NCBI GenBank assembly: GCA_951804945.1
Contig: OX638164.1
Span: forward strand, 29,822,001 to 29,886,000
Reading direction: 5' to 3'
DNA from: Podarcis cretensis
Taxonomy: Eukaryota
DNA length: 64,000 bases
Position 1 is the first letter of the stretch, and every line of letters begins with the position of its first letter. The notes under the pieces are model-generated. The model was not told where the DNA came from. It made no database searches and worked only from the letters and a program-made list of their open reading frames with translations. This document shows positions 1 to 12,912 of this stretch, one piece after another. Made by a program: the position numbers and the translations under genes.

Positions 1-755
1 GTTCCACCACTCATTTAGCAAACACAATTCATCTTGCCCAAAACAACCTGTTAGTAATCTGAGTGCAGCCTTTTTTCATTGTTGTTCATTTACAAACTCA
101 CACATTGTCTGGACTTCCCAATTTAATTCCAATTCAGAAGAAAGGGTTTTTTTTAACAGTTTAAAGCAATTTCTGAGCATGCAAAATGGATAGGGTGATT
201 GATTAAGAACACGAAAAAGCTGCCACGGCCACTAGCTGCAACTGCTGGCAGTTGCAGGACAGCAGCCCAAGCTGCCACCTGTGATTGTGACTTCCTATAC
301 TTCAGGCCACTGAGAGTCCACAGAAGACACTCCTTCCTAATCATTACAAGGAGACGCGGGCACTTGCTCACATCTGTCTGCTGCAGAAGCCAGGTGATGA
401 TCTGGTTCACATGCTACTATAATAGAGCTGCTTGTGAATGTCCAAGTAACCAGTGCTTTTGATTCTTTGCAGTCTGGTACTGCTGGAAGCTGAATTCAAG
501 GATCTCTGTCTTTTTCAGATACAACATCCTGTGAAGCCCATTACTTCTACTGTGGAGAATCATGTGAGGCTTTTGCTCTTTTTAAAGTTGGGCCATTAAC
601 ATCAAACCTGAGCTGTCTCTCCATGGAGACATGCTGTGGGCTTTCCAATACTATTCTTTGCTGTTGTAACAGCAGAAGAGCAACATTTTAGTTGCTTTTG
701 AAATGTAAATCCTCATTCCTGAACAGACTCCTGAGCCCAACCTGTTCCTACTCAC

Positions 756-893
756 CAGCTGTTTCCCTCTGATCACTGCCACGTGCACATTCTTCAGGGA
801 GCCATCGTCATCTTCAAAAACTTCAGCTGACCACAGGGCACAGTTCACATGGGTCCACTCATTCTGGCCGATGTAGAGGAGACGGCCAGCATC
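756..893 (-). CDS. KMT2A: KMT2A exon 21 (138 nt; ePHD zinc knuckle)
   Basis: DAGRLLYIGQNEWTHVNCALWSAEVFEDDDGSLKNVHVAVIRGKQL. Confidence 0.96.
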
Positions 894-3800
894 CTGCAAG
901 AAACAGAAAGCCACCAGATACACTCAGAAATCAGTCAAGTGCACTCCCTACCCCACAACTGCTGGGCACATGTTGCAGCAGCCACAGTGAAATAAAAGCT
1001 GGCAAACATAAAGGTGGCTCATGGAATCAGACCGTTTAAAGGGTCTTTGCAGCTGTCTAGTCCAACCCTCTGCTCAGAACAGAACACCCAGTGCTAGGTT
1101 ATTATGATTTATTAATTTTTATACCACCCTTTGCATCCCCAGCAGACAGAGGGCTCTCCAGCCTCTGCTCAAAGACCTCTAGAGGGGGAGTATTTCACCA
1201 CCCCTCCATTGTCCAGCTGCTCTTACTGTCAAGAAATTTCCTCTATTGTTCAATCCAAATCTACCCTCCTGTAACTTAAGTCTAAGAGATATAACCCTTT
1301 GACCCCTGGAGTCATGGAGAACAAGCCTTTGCAAACTCTTGCATGTGACACAGCCCTTTCAAGGATTTGTAGAGTGCTATTAGGTTCCACCTCAGTCTTC
1401 TCTTAGCTAAGCATAACTGGTTCCAGTTATGGACTTGTCTTCCATACTTCTGACCATCTTTACTATCTTCCTCTGATCCCATCCCAATTTGTCTACATCC
1501 TCCTTAATATGTGGAGCTAGAAATGAACATAGTAATCCAGATGAGGTCTGACTACTGCAGAATAAAGTCAGTTATTCCGTCTTGTGACTTGATGATGGCT
1601 CTGTTAATGCGGACTAAGATCTCACTGCAGCCACATCACACCCCTGACTTGTGTTCTGCTTTGTGATAAGCTACAGTCCTGAGATACTTTTCACATACCC
1701 TTCTGCCGGGCCATGTATTGCCCATTCTATCCTTGTGCATCTGATTCCTCCCACACTTGTTCAGAACTTTGCATTTGTCCCTACTGAATTTCTTTTTGTT
1801 GGGTTCTGCCTATTTTCCCTTCTGTCTTCTGGGGTCCTAGCTGTCCCTCAAAGTTCAGTGCCATTTGGAACTCTGGTAAGGATTCCCTCTATGCCCTCAT
1901 CCAATATTTAAATCCTTATCAGATTTCCAGTTCCCCCCAAAAGTCATTGATTGTTGGAAGAATGCCAGGCCCAGAACAGAAGCCTGCAGCACTCCACTCA
2001 AAACATCCCTCCAGTTTCATGAGGAACCACTGAAAAGTGCCTCTTGACAGGGCACTTTTCTAACCAGCTGTGAAACCACCTGATATTATCACCTGTCCCC
2101 ATTTACAGAGTTTGCTAATCAAAATATCACAAGGAGCTTTGTAAAATGCTTTGCTGCTATCAGCTAAATTATGCCCGCAGCATTTCCACAATTCACTAAG
2201 ATAGTAACCTGCTTTTGCTTTTTTAAGAAAGGTAATATCAGTCTGGCTCAGCTGGACTGAGTGTGCAACAAGGATCAAGCCTGCCTTTCAACCTTAACTA
2301 GAACCAGAAGGCAAAGCCGCTACAGCTCACAACACACATTCTTGACAGAGCCACTTACATTCCCACCATCATCGCCATACTTCAAGCAAAGTGCACACTG
2401 CCGGTTATCCTCCACATCTGGAGGAGGGGTAAGTTCTGGGCTGTCCTCCAAGCTTCTGTCAGAACCTCAGAACAGAGAGTGAAAGAGAGAGAGAGAGAGA
2501 AAGGACTGATCACTCCTGAGAAAAAATGTTTGGAAGAAAATGTGGGCTGGGAACTGATTACTGGAGAATAAAGTAGCTTGCAAATGCCCAGAGCAGAAAA
2601 CAGTTTCAGCTTCTCGCTTGAATTGAAAAGGTTTTACTTCACTTTAAAACAAAACACAATTTAACGAACCATGCAGATGTAAGGGGGAGGCAGAGAAAGA
2701 GGCTTGGTTCAGACTTCGAAGTCCCGGCAGATGGTAGGTAAGGCAAGGAGCCTCTCTGTACCCTACTCTGGCGGGCCCAGACTTTCCCCAGAGTCTAAAG
2801 CCTGCCTCCCCCAGTGTCACCCTCATTCCCTAGCACTTCCCCCAGACAAAAAGGCTCAGTTTCTCACTGGATATAGGTGGTGTAGAAGGATGCAGTGGAG
2901 TTGGAGAGTCTGGCTCTCCAGGACCTTTGGGTTTTGGTGCTGGAATGATTTTCTTCATAAGAGGAGGTTGTTGAGCACAACTGTTTTCTTCACGCTCCTG
3001 CCACTGTGCGTAGTTATGGTCGAGTGATGGCGGCAAGACAGCATTAGGCAGCATCCCACTGCTAGAAATGAACAAAAGGTAGCATCAGGTAGCACCTAGG
3101 AGGCCCCAACTATAGCCCTTAGGCAGGTAAAGCTCCTTCATTCACTGCAAAGCCATCTCTGCAGGGCAAGGGGCAGGACTAAAACACAGATTGGTACAAG
3201 AAGGACCACAACCCACTTCTACTTTCTAGATCAGGAACTAATTGCAGCCAGTTGCTTTGAGAAGCAGGAGAGGCCCATCTGGAAATTCAATTCTGATCTT
3301 GTTTCCAAGGGGCAAGAGCGCTGGCACCACCTTTGGCTGAAACAGGCAGGTCAATTGCAGCAAGTGAGTGCTGGAAGTGGAACAAGTTACTTACTTGGTT
3401 GTAACTTTATTAGGTTCCCAAAATCTTGATTTCTTTACACTGAACCATGGAAAAACGCGTTCCATTTGCTTAAAAACAAACAAAACACCCACAAATGTAT
3501 TAGAAATGCTTTACAGGACTCAACACTAAACACTTGAAGAAGTCTACTGTCCAAGATCTCTGCAAATTTACAGTCAGGAATGATTTATAATGAACTTAAA
3601 GGTCTACCCAGACAAGATCCTAATTTGTTTCACAGACAGCCACACAGTAGCTTGAAGAGAAATATGGGCTCCTTGGGGAGTATTAAAGAAGCAATTTCAG
3701 TGCACCAGTTGCCAATTTATTGAAAATAAGATGCAGCTTGGCTTACCCGAATGAAGAAGGACTTCACCATGCTGTTGGCCTTCTTAAGTTCTGGCTGCCC

Positions 3801-6800
3801 TCCATCAGCATTCATGGCTGCTTGGATTATCTTTACAATATCATCACTAAACTCCAGCTGCAAGATAGACACACACAGAAATCAGCTTACTATCCTCTTC
3901 TGTGATATACTTTATCCACCCCTTTTCCCCACCCACAGGTGCTGAACATCAAGTGGCAGAAGTTCACCTTTTCCTTTTCAGTTTTTGAACTCCTTTTTAT
4001 TCCCTGCCTATGTTTCAGAAGAGCAGCATGGCCAACATAAAACACTGTAGCGTGGCCAAAACATCCATGCACCTTCAAGGCACCAGGGGGGAATTTATAG
4101 CAAAAATGTAGCATTTTAGGACCACCTCAATGCAGTTCACAACAGCAAACTGATTTGTATATCCCATCATTTCCCTCTCCTCATGGAAGCTATGATGAAA
4201 GCAAGAAGGGGATGCTGACTTAATTGTTAACGCACCACAGAAATGTAGCCTCCTTGCTCCATTTTTCTTTTCACTCCTTCCAGGTCCAGCAGCTGCTGTT
4301 CTTCTTGCTTGCTGACTTCAGTGAGCACAGGAGGGTCTGGGCCTTCTGGGGAACTTCGGGATGGGACGCTCTCTTCCGTCTCAGGATTTAAGTCAGGGGG
4401 TTTGGCCGCCTGGAGACACAACAGTAAGAGAGTACAACAATTTTTGAGCCCAGCACAAAGCATTTCTTTAGTAGGTCTGTGGATAGAGGTTAAGAGCCAA
4501 AGAGCCTGCAGGATCAGGCCAATAGTCCCATCTAGTCCAACATTCTGTTCTGATGGTGGCCAACCAGATGCCTTTGGGAAGCCTGCAAGCACTACCTGAA
4601 CACAAGGATCTAGTTGACTGGAAGGAGGTGCAGAAAAGTACAGCATAACAGAGGACTGGAGGAAACAGGCCCCCTTCATGTCTCAATTGTGGGAGAGGGC
4701 AACATGTCTTGGAAGGGGCTGCACTGCACCCCAGGTCACCAAGTTTGGCCCTCACATTCACACCATAGGTGGGAGCATCTGCAGGGGAAATGCCTCTACC
4801 TTGGTAATACTCTAGCTCTAGACACAGACATTCACATAGAGCTCTATANNNNNNNNNNNNNNNNNNNNNNNNNNNNNNNNNNNNNNNNNNNNNNNNNNNN
4901 NNNNNNNNNNNNNNNNNNNNNNNNNNNNNNNNNNNNNNNNNNNNNNNNNNNNNNNNNNNNNNNNNNNNNNNNNNNNNGACATCCACATCTAATGCATGAA
5001 TTCTAAAGCCCTTGGAGGTAGAGCCGCCCTGCAGGCCCTTTCTGGCTATAGTCTCCTCGGTTGGAAAAAAGGCTTAGGGAAAACAAAAACAGCAGAAGGG
5101 GCGTGATGGAAGTTTATACAACCTTGAGTGGTGCAGAAAGCACGAAAGGGGGAAGCATTTCTTTTCAAGGCCCAAAATGACAGTTAGCAGTCAAGACACA
5201 GGCAAGGTAGTAATTCTTCACATCATGAATGTAAAACTCTAGGCAAAAATGCTTTAAGGAATAAACACGAGGAGAGGTCCACGGTGAATGGCACTTATGG
5301 AGGGTCCTTCCTGGTTGATATGGAGCAAGGGCCACAAGTGAGGCCACAGAGAAGGGCAGCCAGTGCTGTGCAAGCTTGACCAATGGCCTGGCCCAGGTCA
5401 GGCAGATACAGATGTTCCTATAGACTCCCTCCTGCCCGGAACATACTCCCTCTCACATGCTGGCAATTAGCAAGGCAGAGTGGTAGCCATTGCCATATGG
5501 GTTCTGCTCATGTTATGGGTTCCTCTGTGATATCCATTGCAAGACAGAATATCAAACATTTGGTTGGAACCTTTGGCTTGTCACCCTCTCTCCCTCTCCC
5601 CACCCCCTCCCCCCCACACCTGCCACTGCATTTCTAATGCTGTCTTTCTTCTAGAAACACTAGGAAGAATATTGTGCTTTCAAGTCCAACAGCACCACTC
5701 TGAACAGCCAGAATTCAGGTACATTTGTATGGTTCATAGAAGGAGGCCCACCTGTCTATAACGCAGCAAATGGCTGGATGTCCTGGAATTTAATAGGGCT
5801 GTTAGAACCTGCTTCAAAGAAAGCTGCAGCTCTTTTTCCAGTGCTAGCCGCCATTCAGCAGGAGGTTGTTCTGTGCAGTTAATGCAGGTGTAAGCCACAC
5901 TCTCCGGCAGGTTGGAGAGGATCTCGTACATCTCATCTGAAGGGAGACAGGGCAAGCATTAGGGGCAGAGGGCAAGCCTCGGGAGGCTAAAAGTGTCAGA
6001 TCTGTGGGGAATCTGGCAGCATGGTAGGAGGTTACATTGTGCAAAGGGGCTCAGCTGCAGGGATTCCAATGCCTGTCTTGGGAAGTGATTCAACAGGGAG
6101 AGTGTCTCTCTGCACACTCTCAGGAACCCACAGCACAACTGCTGCCTGCAAAGCTGAGTTCCGAAGTCCACAGCTAAGCGCGATTAGCTCAGGATATTCA
6201 CCTCCTTGGCTTCTGCACCCTAGTCTAAGAAGAAACAACCCACCCATTAGACCAAGATGAAATTGCAAAAAGGATCTCAAGCACAAGGTTCCTAGTTGTA
6301 AATGTTCATCCTACTCCTCCATATATGTAGGGTTGGAAGCAGTCCTCACCGGAGAGGTTTTCACACTTGGAGTGGACCCAGCGGTCACATTTCGCACACT
6401 GCATCATTTTGCTCTCATAGTCGTCGTCATCGTAGCATTTGTCACAGACGGGGCAGAAGTTCCCTACAAGCAAAACAGATAGGCGGTCCAAATCTCCCAC
6501 CATCAGTATACAGAGCCAAACACTCAGGGCTGGCTAGCGGTCAGGGGACTCCACGCAAAGGGCAAGAATGGCTATCAGTCACTACCACTGTTAACAGCCA
6601 GCAGCAAGTACTATACTTGCCCCCTTTCAGTGTGAAGGTGCTCCCTGCTGCCGTCCCCCGCTTCCCTAGAGGAAATACTGGAATTTAGCAAAGCAAGGGC
6701 TGCATCTGCACATGGAACTGCAGCTGCCAGCATTTCCTAGGCCATTCAGCATGATACAGCATACTTCCGCAGCAGACCAGACCTATCATGCACCCAGCCT

Positions 6801-9800
6801 CTCCACACCTTTAGCGAAGAGTTTGGCACAATCGTGACACAGAGAGAAGTCGTGAGACCATTGGGCATCCCACCCTTTGCCTGGCGTTGTCGCTCCACAG
6901 CTCTTGCAACGGACACATTTCGTGCAGATCTGGAAAGACAGACAAGGAATAAAGGGCTGCACAGCCTCTCTCTGGGATCATAGAATTCAGTCATAGCAGG
7001 CACCAAAGATGCTTCCCTCTACAGGTGAGCCATGGAACAGAAAACCATGCCTCAGCCTGCCTCTTTTGCAATGGCCAGTTGATGGGGTTGCCATATCCAG
7101 CAGTTTATGATTCAGACCGATTTTATTGCATATCCTTGTAAACAATGGACCACTTTCAACATCAGGCTAAGACACCTGGCAGTCTGATTATAATAAGAGG
7201 GGAAGGTATCCCTGCCTTACAAGTGTCCCCACGATGCAACAGAACTCACCCAAACCTTCTTTTTCTTCGTAGGTTTTGTTGGGTAATTTGGTCCCAGGCA
7301 CTCTGGGTGATAGCTGTTTCGGCACTTGTTACACTCCAGCAACTGCTATGGAAACATGGAAAACAGCAGCAAGTCAAGCCTAGACGCTCCAGTAGTTGCT
7401 TTAGACCAGAGCTTTCCAAACTGTGTGTCATGACACATTAGTGTGTCAGCTGCAGTGTGTAGGTGTGTTGTACGAACACTCCCCATGCTTTTCCCGGGGC
7501 TGGAAAGGGGATAGTTTAACCTCCAGTTTGCTAGTAAAACTGAATTACTATGTTGCAAAATGATGTATGTCTAAAAAGTGTGTCACCAACATGAAAAGTT
7601 TGGAAAGCTCTGCTTTAGACATTTGATGACTCCTAGTTCAACATAAGGAAGCTGTGTTGGGGAAACTGAGCATCCCCGGCGGCCATCCCTTGCGATGCCA
7701 CAAACCCCACATTCCAGAGGGACAAAAGGAGACAGGCAAGCTCATCAAGGGACTCCGACTACCTTGGTGGCCTGATGCTGCCTCCCACACACATGGCAGA
7801 ACTTGCAGCGACGACAGCACCAGTTTTCCAACTGGTCCTCCAGGGGGCGCTCACTGTCCTCCAAACAGAACTTGTGGAAAGGCTCACAGCACACCTGGCA
7901 ATACACAAACTACAAGGGAAGGGGCAAGTCAGCAGGTCAGCCGCATCCTGCAGCAGTTGTGCACTTCAACTTGCCCCAGATGGCTGGTTCCAGAGGGAGA
8001 GGGAGGAGGAGGAGAAAGTCTTTGGTCACCCCACCCTCATGGTTTAGCCCCCAGTTTCACATAACAGTTGCTTCAAAGAGGCTTAGAGAGCCCTCTTCCA
8101 CCACCAAGTTCTGCACCATTTGTCTGTGGGCTGTTTTATCTCCAGAGCCCCTCTGCAAGAGCAGCATGTATTAGTGAAGCTACAAAAGGTCAACTGGTGC
8201 CTAGAGACATAAGTGCTTATCTGACACCACACCTCCTGCTTTGAGAGGCAGGTAAAGCAGCATTTCAAATGGTAGTTGAAGCTGCAGCTCTAACTGATGG
8301 CCTTTATCAGGATTCAATTCCAGCTTCAGATTTACTTTCGTTTTAGATGGCTGAAATAATATCACACACACACATACACCAAACAGCTTGGTGTGGACTG
8401 TCCCTGTGGGACCTCACCCTTACCTCCACATGCCCACTGCTGGCACAGAGGAAGCAGACCACCCTGGGAGTTATCGGGACAGAGGTCAGGATACCCAAAC
8501 CGCCCATTTCCCAAACGTTCTCAGCCTCACAGTCCTCCTAAAAAACACAAAAGGAAGAACATGGAAAGGGAATTATCCTTACACCAGGCCCAGGGGTGGT
8601 GGAAATGACAAGAACTGGAGCAAAGCACGAAGATCCTGTACAAATCACTATGAAAATGTTTTGTTTGCCAAAGCTTTTGTTACATACAAAGGAATGTGCT
8701 GGATGGACTTACTTAACCTCGGTTCTCTCCACACCAGTGATACATACCTAGACATCTTCTAAAGGGCACGTGGCAGCAGCATATGCATGCCGATGTACTG
8801 CCTAACTAATGCTGTTGCTAACAATAAAGACTCTCCTAGGGTATTAAGAGCCTCAGGAGGCTGCCTCGGTTTACGGAAACTGCTGGTATTCCCTTTTGTA
8901 TTCATCACTCTTTCTCATCCTCCTGTGTGCTATCTTAAGAAGCAACAGGCTCTACAGAAAACTAAACAACTTTCACCAGAACAGCTCTTTGTAGAAAGAT
9001 GGGAGTTTCAAGGAAGAGATGTCACCACATCCTACAAACCCCCAAGGCCAGGTTTCTGGCGGAGAAAGGCAGGGGCAGCTCCCCAAACCACCCTGTTACC
9101 TTGAAGTCTACTCGGATCCTGTGGACTCCATCTATGAGGGGTTTCTGTTTGGAGCTGTTCCCATTTGATAAAGTGCTCAACAGGTTGAGGGTACCATTAT
9201 CTGGCTTGCTGACTGGGGGTGGTCTCTCCTGGTGAAAGAGGGCAAAAAAAAATGGCATTTTCTTTGCTCAAGCAGCAGAAGGAAAACCAACATTCAATAT
9301 ATATGCAGTTAGTTATGGGCTGGAATCTAAGGAGGACTCTCTTCTTTCACATTTTGAAAAGCAAAGAGCAACAGGGGTTTCAGAAACTGGAAAGCAAAAT
9401 CTGAAATTTTTAACTGGTCAGTCTTGTTTTGAAAGCAAACTCAATCCAGTAGGTATCCACCCCCAAACATGAATTGGAATCTATTAGTGTTAAAAGGTGC
9501 ATGGCCTTGTCTTTTCTGGAGGGGAAGGCCATTCCATGCACAAACTATTGGCGGGGGGGGGGGGGGGGGCGGCGGAGAGAAGAAAAAAAAACCATAGTAA
9601 GAAGCATCATCATCTGCACACCAACCTGAACTTTGGAGAGTCAAGCAAAAGGACCCCTAAGAGCCTAGAGCCACTGTAAAAGCAGCCCATCTGTAGGTGG
9701 TGCCATCACAGGGTCAGAACTTGTACCAAAGGGCATCCTCAACTTGTGCTGTCTTCATGGGCTCTCTAAAAGCCAGGAGAGCTACATGCAAGGAACCAAC

Positions 9801-12800
9801 TATGAAAAAAGCTCTTTCTGTTCACTGAAGACATAGAGCAACTTGCAGGTTACCTTTTCTTTTGGCTTCTGTTTCACTGGTAAGCTTGGACGAGGAGTTA
9901 TTTTCTTCTGTCTGCTTTGCTCGATCCCTAGGAAAAGTACAAATGCAGTTTGTTAAAAGCCAAGAGTTGCTTCTAGCAGTCAAACAGAATTTGGGGACTT
10001 AAGGAGACAACAGCAACCTCTTAAGACACTGTTGTGGAAAGCTGAAAACAAAACACAGTGAACTAGCAATTCCAATTTGTTAGGGAGGAGTGGGCACTAT
10101 AGGATTTCCTGCAGCTTGCCACACACTTGCTAACCTGCCCAGGTGTGTCCAAGGCTGCTCTTTCCTGACCCACTTAAGAGCCCAATTAGTACAGCAGATG
10201 TGTTCACATCTCTTCCATGAAGTCCAGAGGTGGGCTGCTTGACTTTGCAGAGGCAGCTAACAACTACCTTTGCTGCAATTGAATACCTACCCACTTCTGG
10301 TGGTGGAGCTGCCTTCTTCTTGGGCTCAGCAGGGATGGTTTTGGGGGCTTCCTTTTTTGGTGGGCCTGTACTAGGCGGTGGGGTGGGGGGCACCTGCGTG
10401 GGGGGCAGTGCCTGCTGCTTGCCAGCCTTCCGGGCTGCAGGGGGAGGGGCCTGCTTGGTGTCTGGGGGAGGCGGAGTCAATGGTGGTGGGCCCTCCTCAC
10501 TCTTCTCCTCACTGGGCTTCCGGGCAGGTTCACTGCCCCTTTTGGAGGCATGATCCTCTTTCGCCAAGGTGAGCTGAGGAGCAGCTGCTTTCTGTCCAGC
10601 CTCTGGCTGGCTCTTCCCAGCATGGATCTCTTTCTTTTCACTGGACTTGGATTTCTTCTCTTTCTTTTTCACAGCTGTAAAGCAAAAGCAGCACCTCAGA
10701 TGCAATGACCGGTAGCGCAGCCTATGGCACTGGCCTCCCCAAGTGACGGATGGCCAGAGGGGAGGGTGGTGCCTGAGGAGTATACGCCAGCCTGCCCACG
10801 GCCTCACTGCCTAGATGGAGCTGAGGCTGAAGCTGAAGCAAAGACTCTGCAGCTGTTAACTATGCCTTTCTCTCCCCATCGCAATAGAAATAATGAAAAA
10901 AAGGCACCTACCTTTGGCTTGCTTCTGGAGATAGGCTTTTGATGGCATCCACTGCAAATTCTGACACTTCCTCATCCTAGGGGGGAATAAAGGAAGGAGA
11001 TGGCAAGATGCATCACCCGACACAAACAAGCCTTTGGATTCCCAGGCATGTTGCAGGCTGCTGCATCTCAAGTGGAAAGATATCTGCTTTGGAGCCATGC
11101 CAAAGTTTGAGATCAATGGCAGGCCAATCTGGCTAAAAGGATGAGAAAGATCGCCCCAGCAGACCAGCTCTGCTATGTCAGCCTTTCTGCTATGCCGAAA
11201 AGCAACTAGTTTTGAAGCATCTTCAAAAAGCCTTACTTTCAAGATGCGAAGAAGATTAACTGTTCTCCCTCTTTGTTTAAGATCTGAAACTTTTTCTGAG
11301 GTTTGGCCAAGCCACTGTGAGAAGGCTGCTCAGAGGAAGCATGCTGTGGCACATATTCAGCCAAGGGATCAACTCTCCACACTACACTTTCGTTTTCACG
11401 TTCAGCAGACTACACAGCAGGGTAAACTCAAAACCTGAAAAGGCTGAAGAAAAGAGGAGGTAGATCTCTCCACTGTCCCACCCAACCCTGCCCATTTCCC
11501 TGCCACTCTCTTGAGAGCCCCCAACTGCCACTTTGAACTCCAAGAGGAAGGAAAGGCAGCAGCCAAGCTCAGAGGATGACAAAGTCACTAGTCTTCTGCT
11601 CCTTAGCTCTTCTTTGATGCAAGTGAAAGGATCTTCCTCTGGCTAAATCTTTTATAGGAAGACAGGGTAGAAGCACCACAAACCAACAACGGAGGGCCTT
11701 ATTCCCAGAACAACGGGAGGGCAGAGGCAGGCTTCATACCCACACACTTACTTGCAGCACTGCTTCTTGATGTTCCGCCCACCAAACTTTGGCTTATCCA
11801 GGCAATTTGTGCAGACACCACAGTCCTCTGGGACCTGGCAGCCTGGGCACTGCCCACAGCGCCTTGACCGCCGGCCTTTCTTCACAGGGGGCTCCTGGGG
11901 GGCCTTGTTTCTGGTAACTGGCTTGATAGGTTTGATGGGAGGTGCAAGGGGCTCGGCATCTTCTGAACCTGCAACCGAGGACTTGTCTGTGAAATGAAAG
12001 ACCAGCTATTAATTCAGCAATCAATAAAGGAGACGTGAGTCCTCAACAGAACTGACTTTGCTGGCCATCGCTGGTTTCTCAGAACAGCTTCACAGCGGGG
12101 CCCATCCAGATTTCCTAGAAACACAACTCCTTCATCCTACAGCCTCACATACCTTCCCCTGCCACCGATGCACCCTTGGAGAAAACAGCACCCTTCAGCA
12201 TAAATTCAGACACTTACCATCGTTCCCCATGGAAGACAGTATCTTCTCTCGTTCTTCCCATGGTAAGGCACTCAGAGTGGGCATGTCATCTGGAAAGACG
12301 GCTCGCTTGCGGCCTAGTGCTACAGCTGCCCTTCTGCAAACATGCTTTATGCGTGGCCCTCGCACGGAGGTCTCCGAAGAATCACTCTCTTGACCCTAAA
12401 TTCCAAGCAGGGCAAGAACACAGGAAAAGGCTGTTAAGACATAATCAACCATCCCACAGGGAGCAATTCAAGTTCAAAAGCAAAAAGCAGTTTGTCCAGC
12501 AGAAGGTTAAAGATCTCTGAACCTTCTCTAAATGTGTTTTCAAATGGAGGACACAGCAAAAATCAGAAGTAGTTTTTTTCTTCTAATGAACAGTAACCTT
12601 TTAAGTGTAAAAATATTTAACTAGGGCTAAGACTTGCAAAAAAAGGAACAATTCCTGCCACTACTTACATAAAATGCATCAAACAGCTAGTTATGCACCT
12701 CATGCGTGACCAAAAGCCCACCAAATCCTGTTAGAAAAGTGCAACAGCTTTGGGGAGACATCTGGCAATTGCCATGCATCCCTCGGCTATTGTATATTTG

Positions 12801-12872
12801 TTTGTATGCGCATGTGTGTATATGTCTGGCCAGGGTGGGTTGAGATTGTCTTTGGTAAAAGGTAAGCGGAAG

Positions 12873-12912
<40 letters not shown>

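Noticed and set aside
4468-5006. ORFs of 130-172 aa
   Set aside because: Inflated by the 129-N assembly gap
9550-9576. Poly-G tract as a G-quadruplex
   Set aside because: Similar G/C homopolymer runs occur throughout the window; nothing specific
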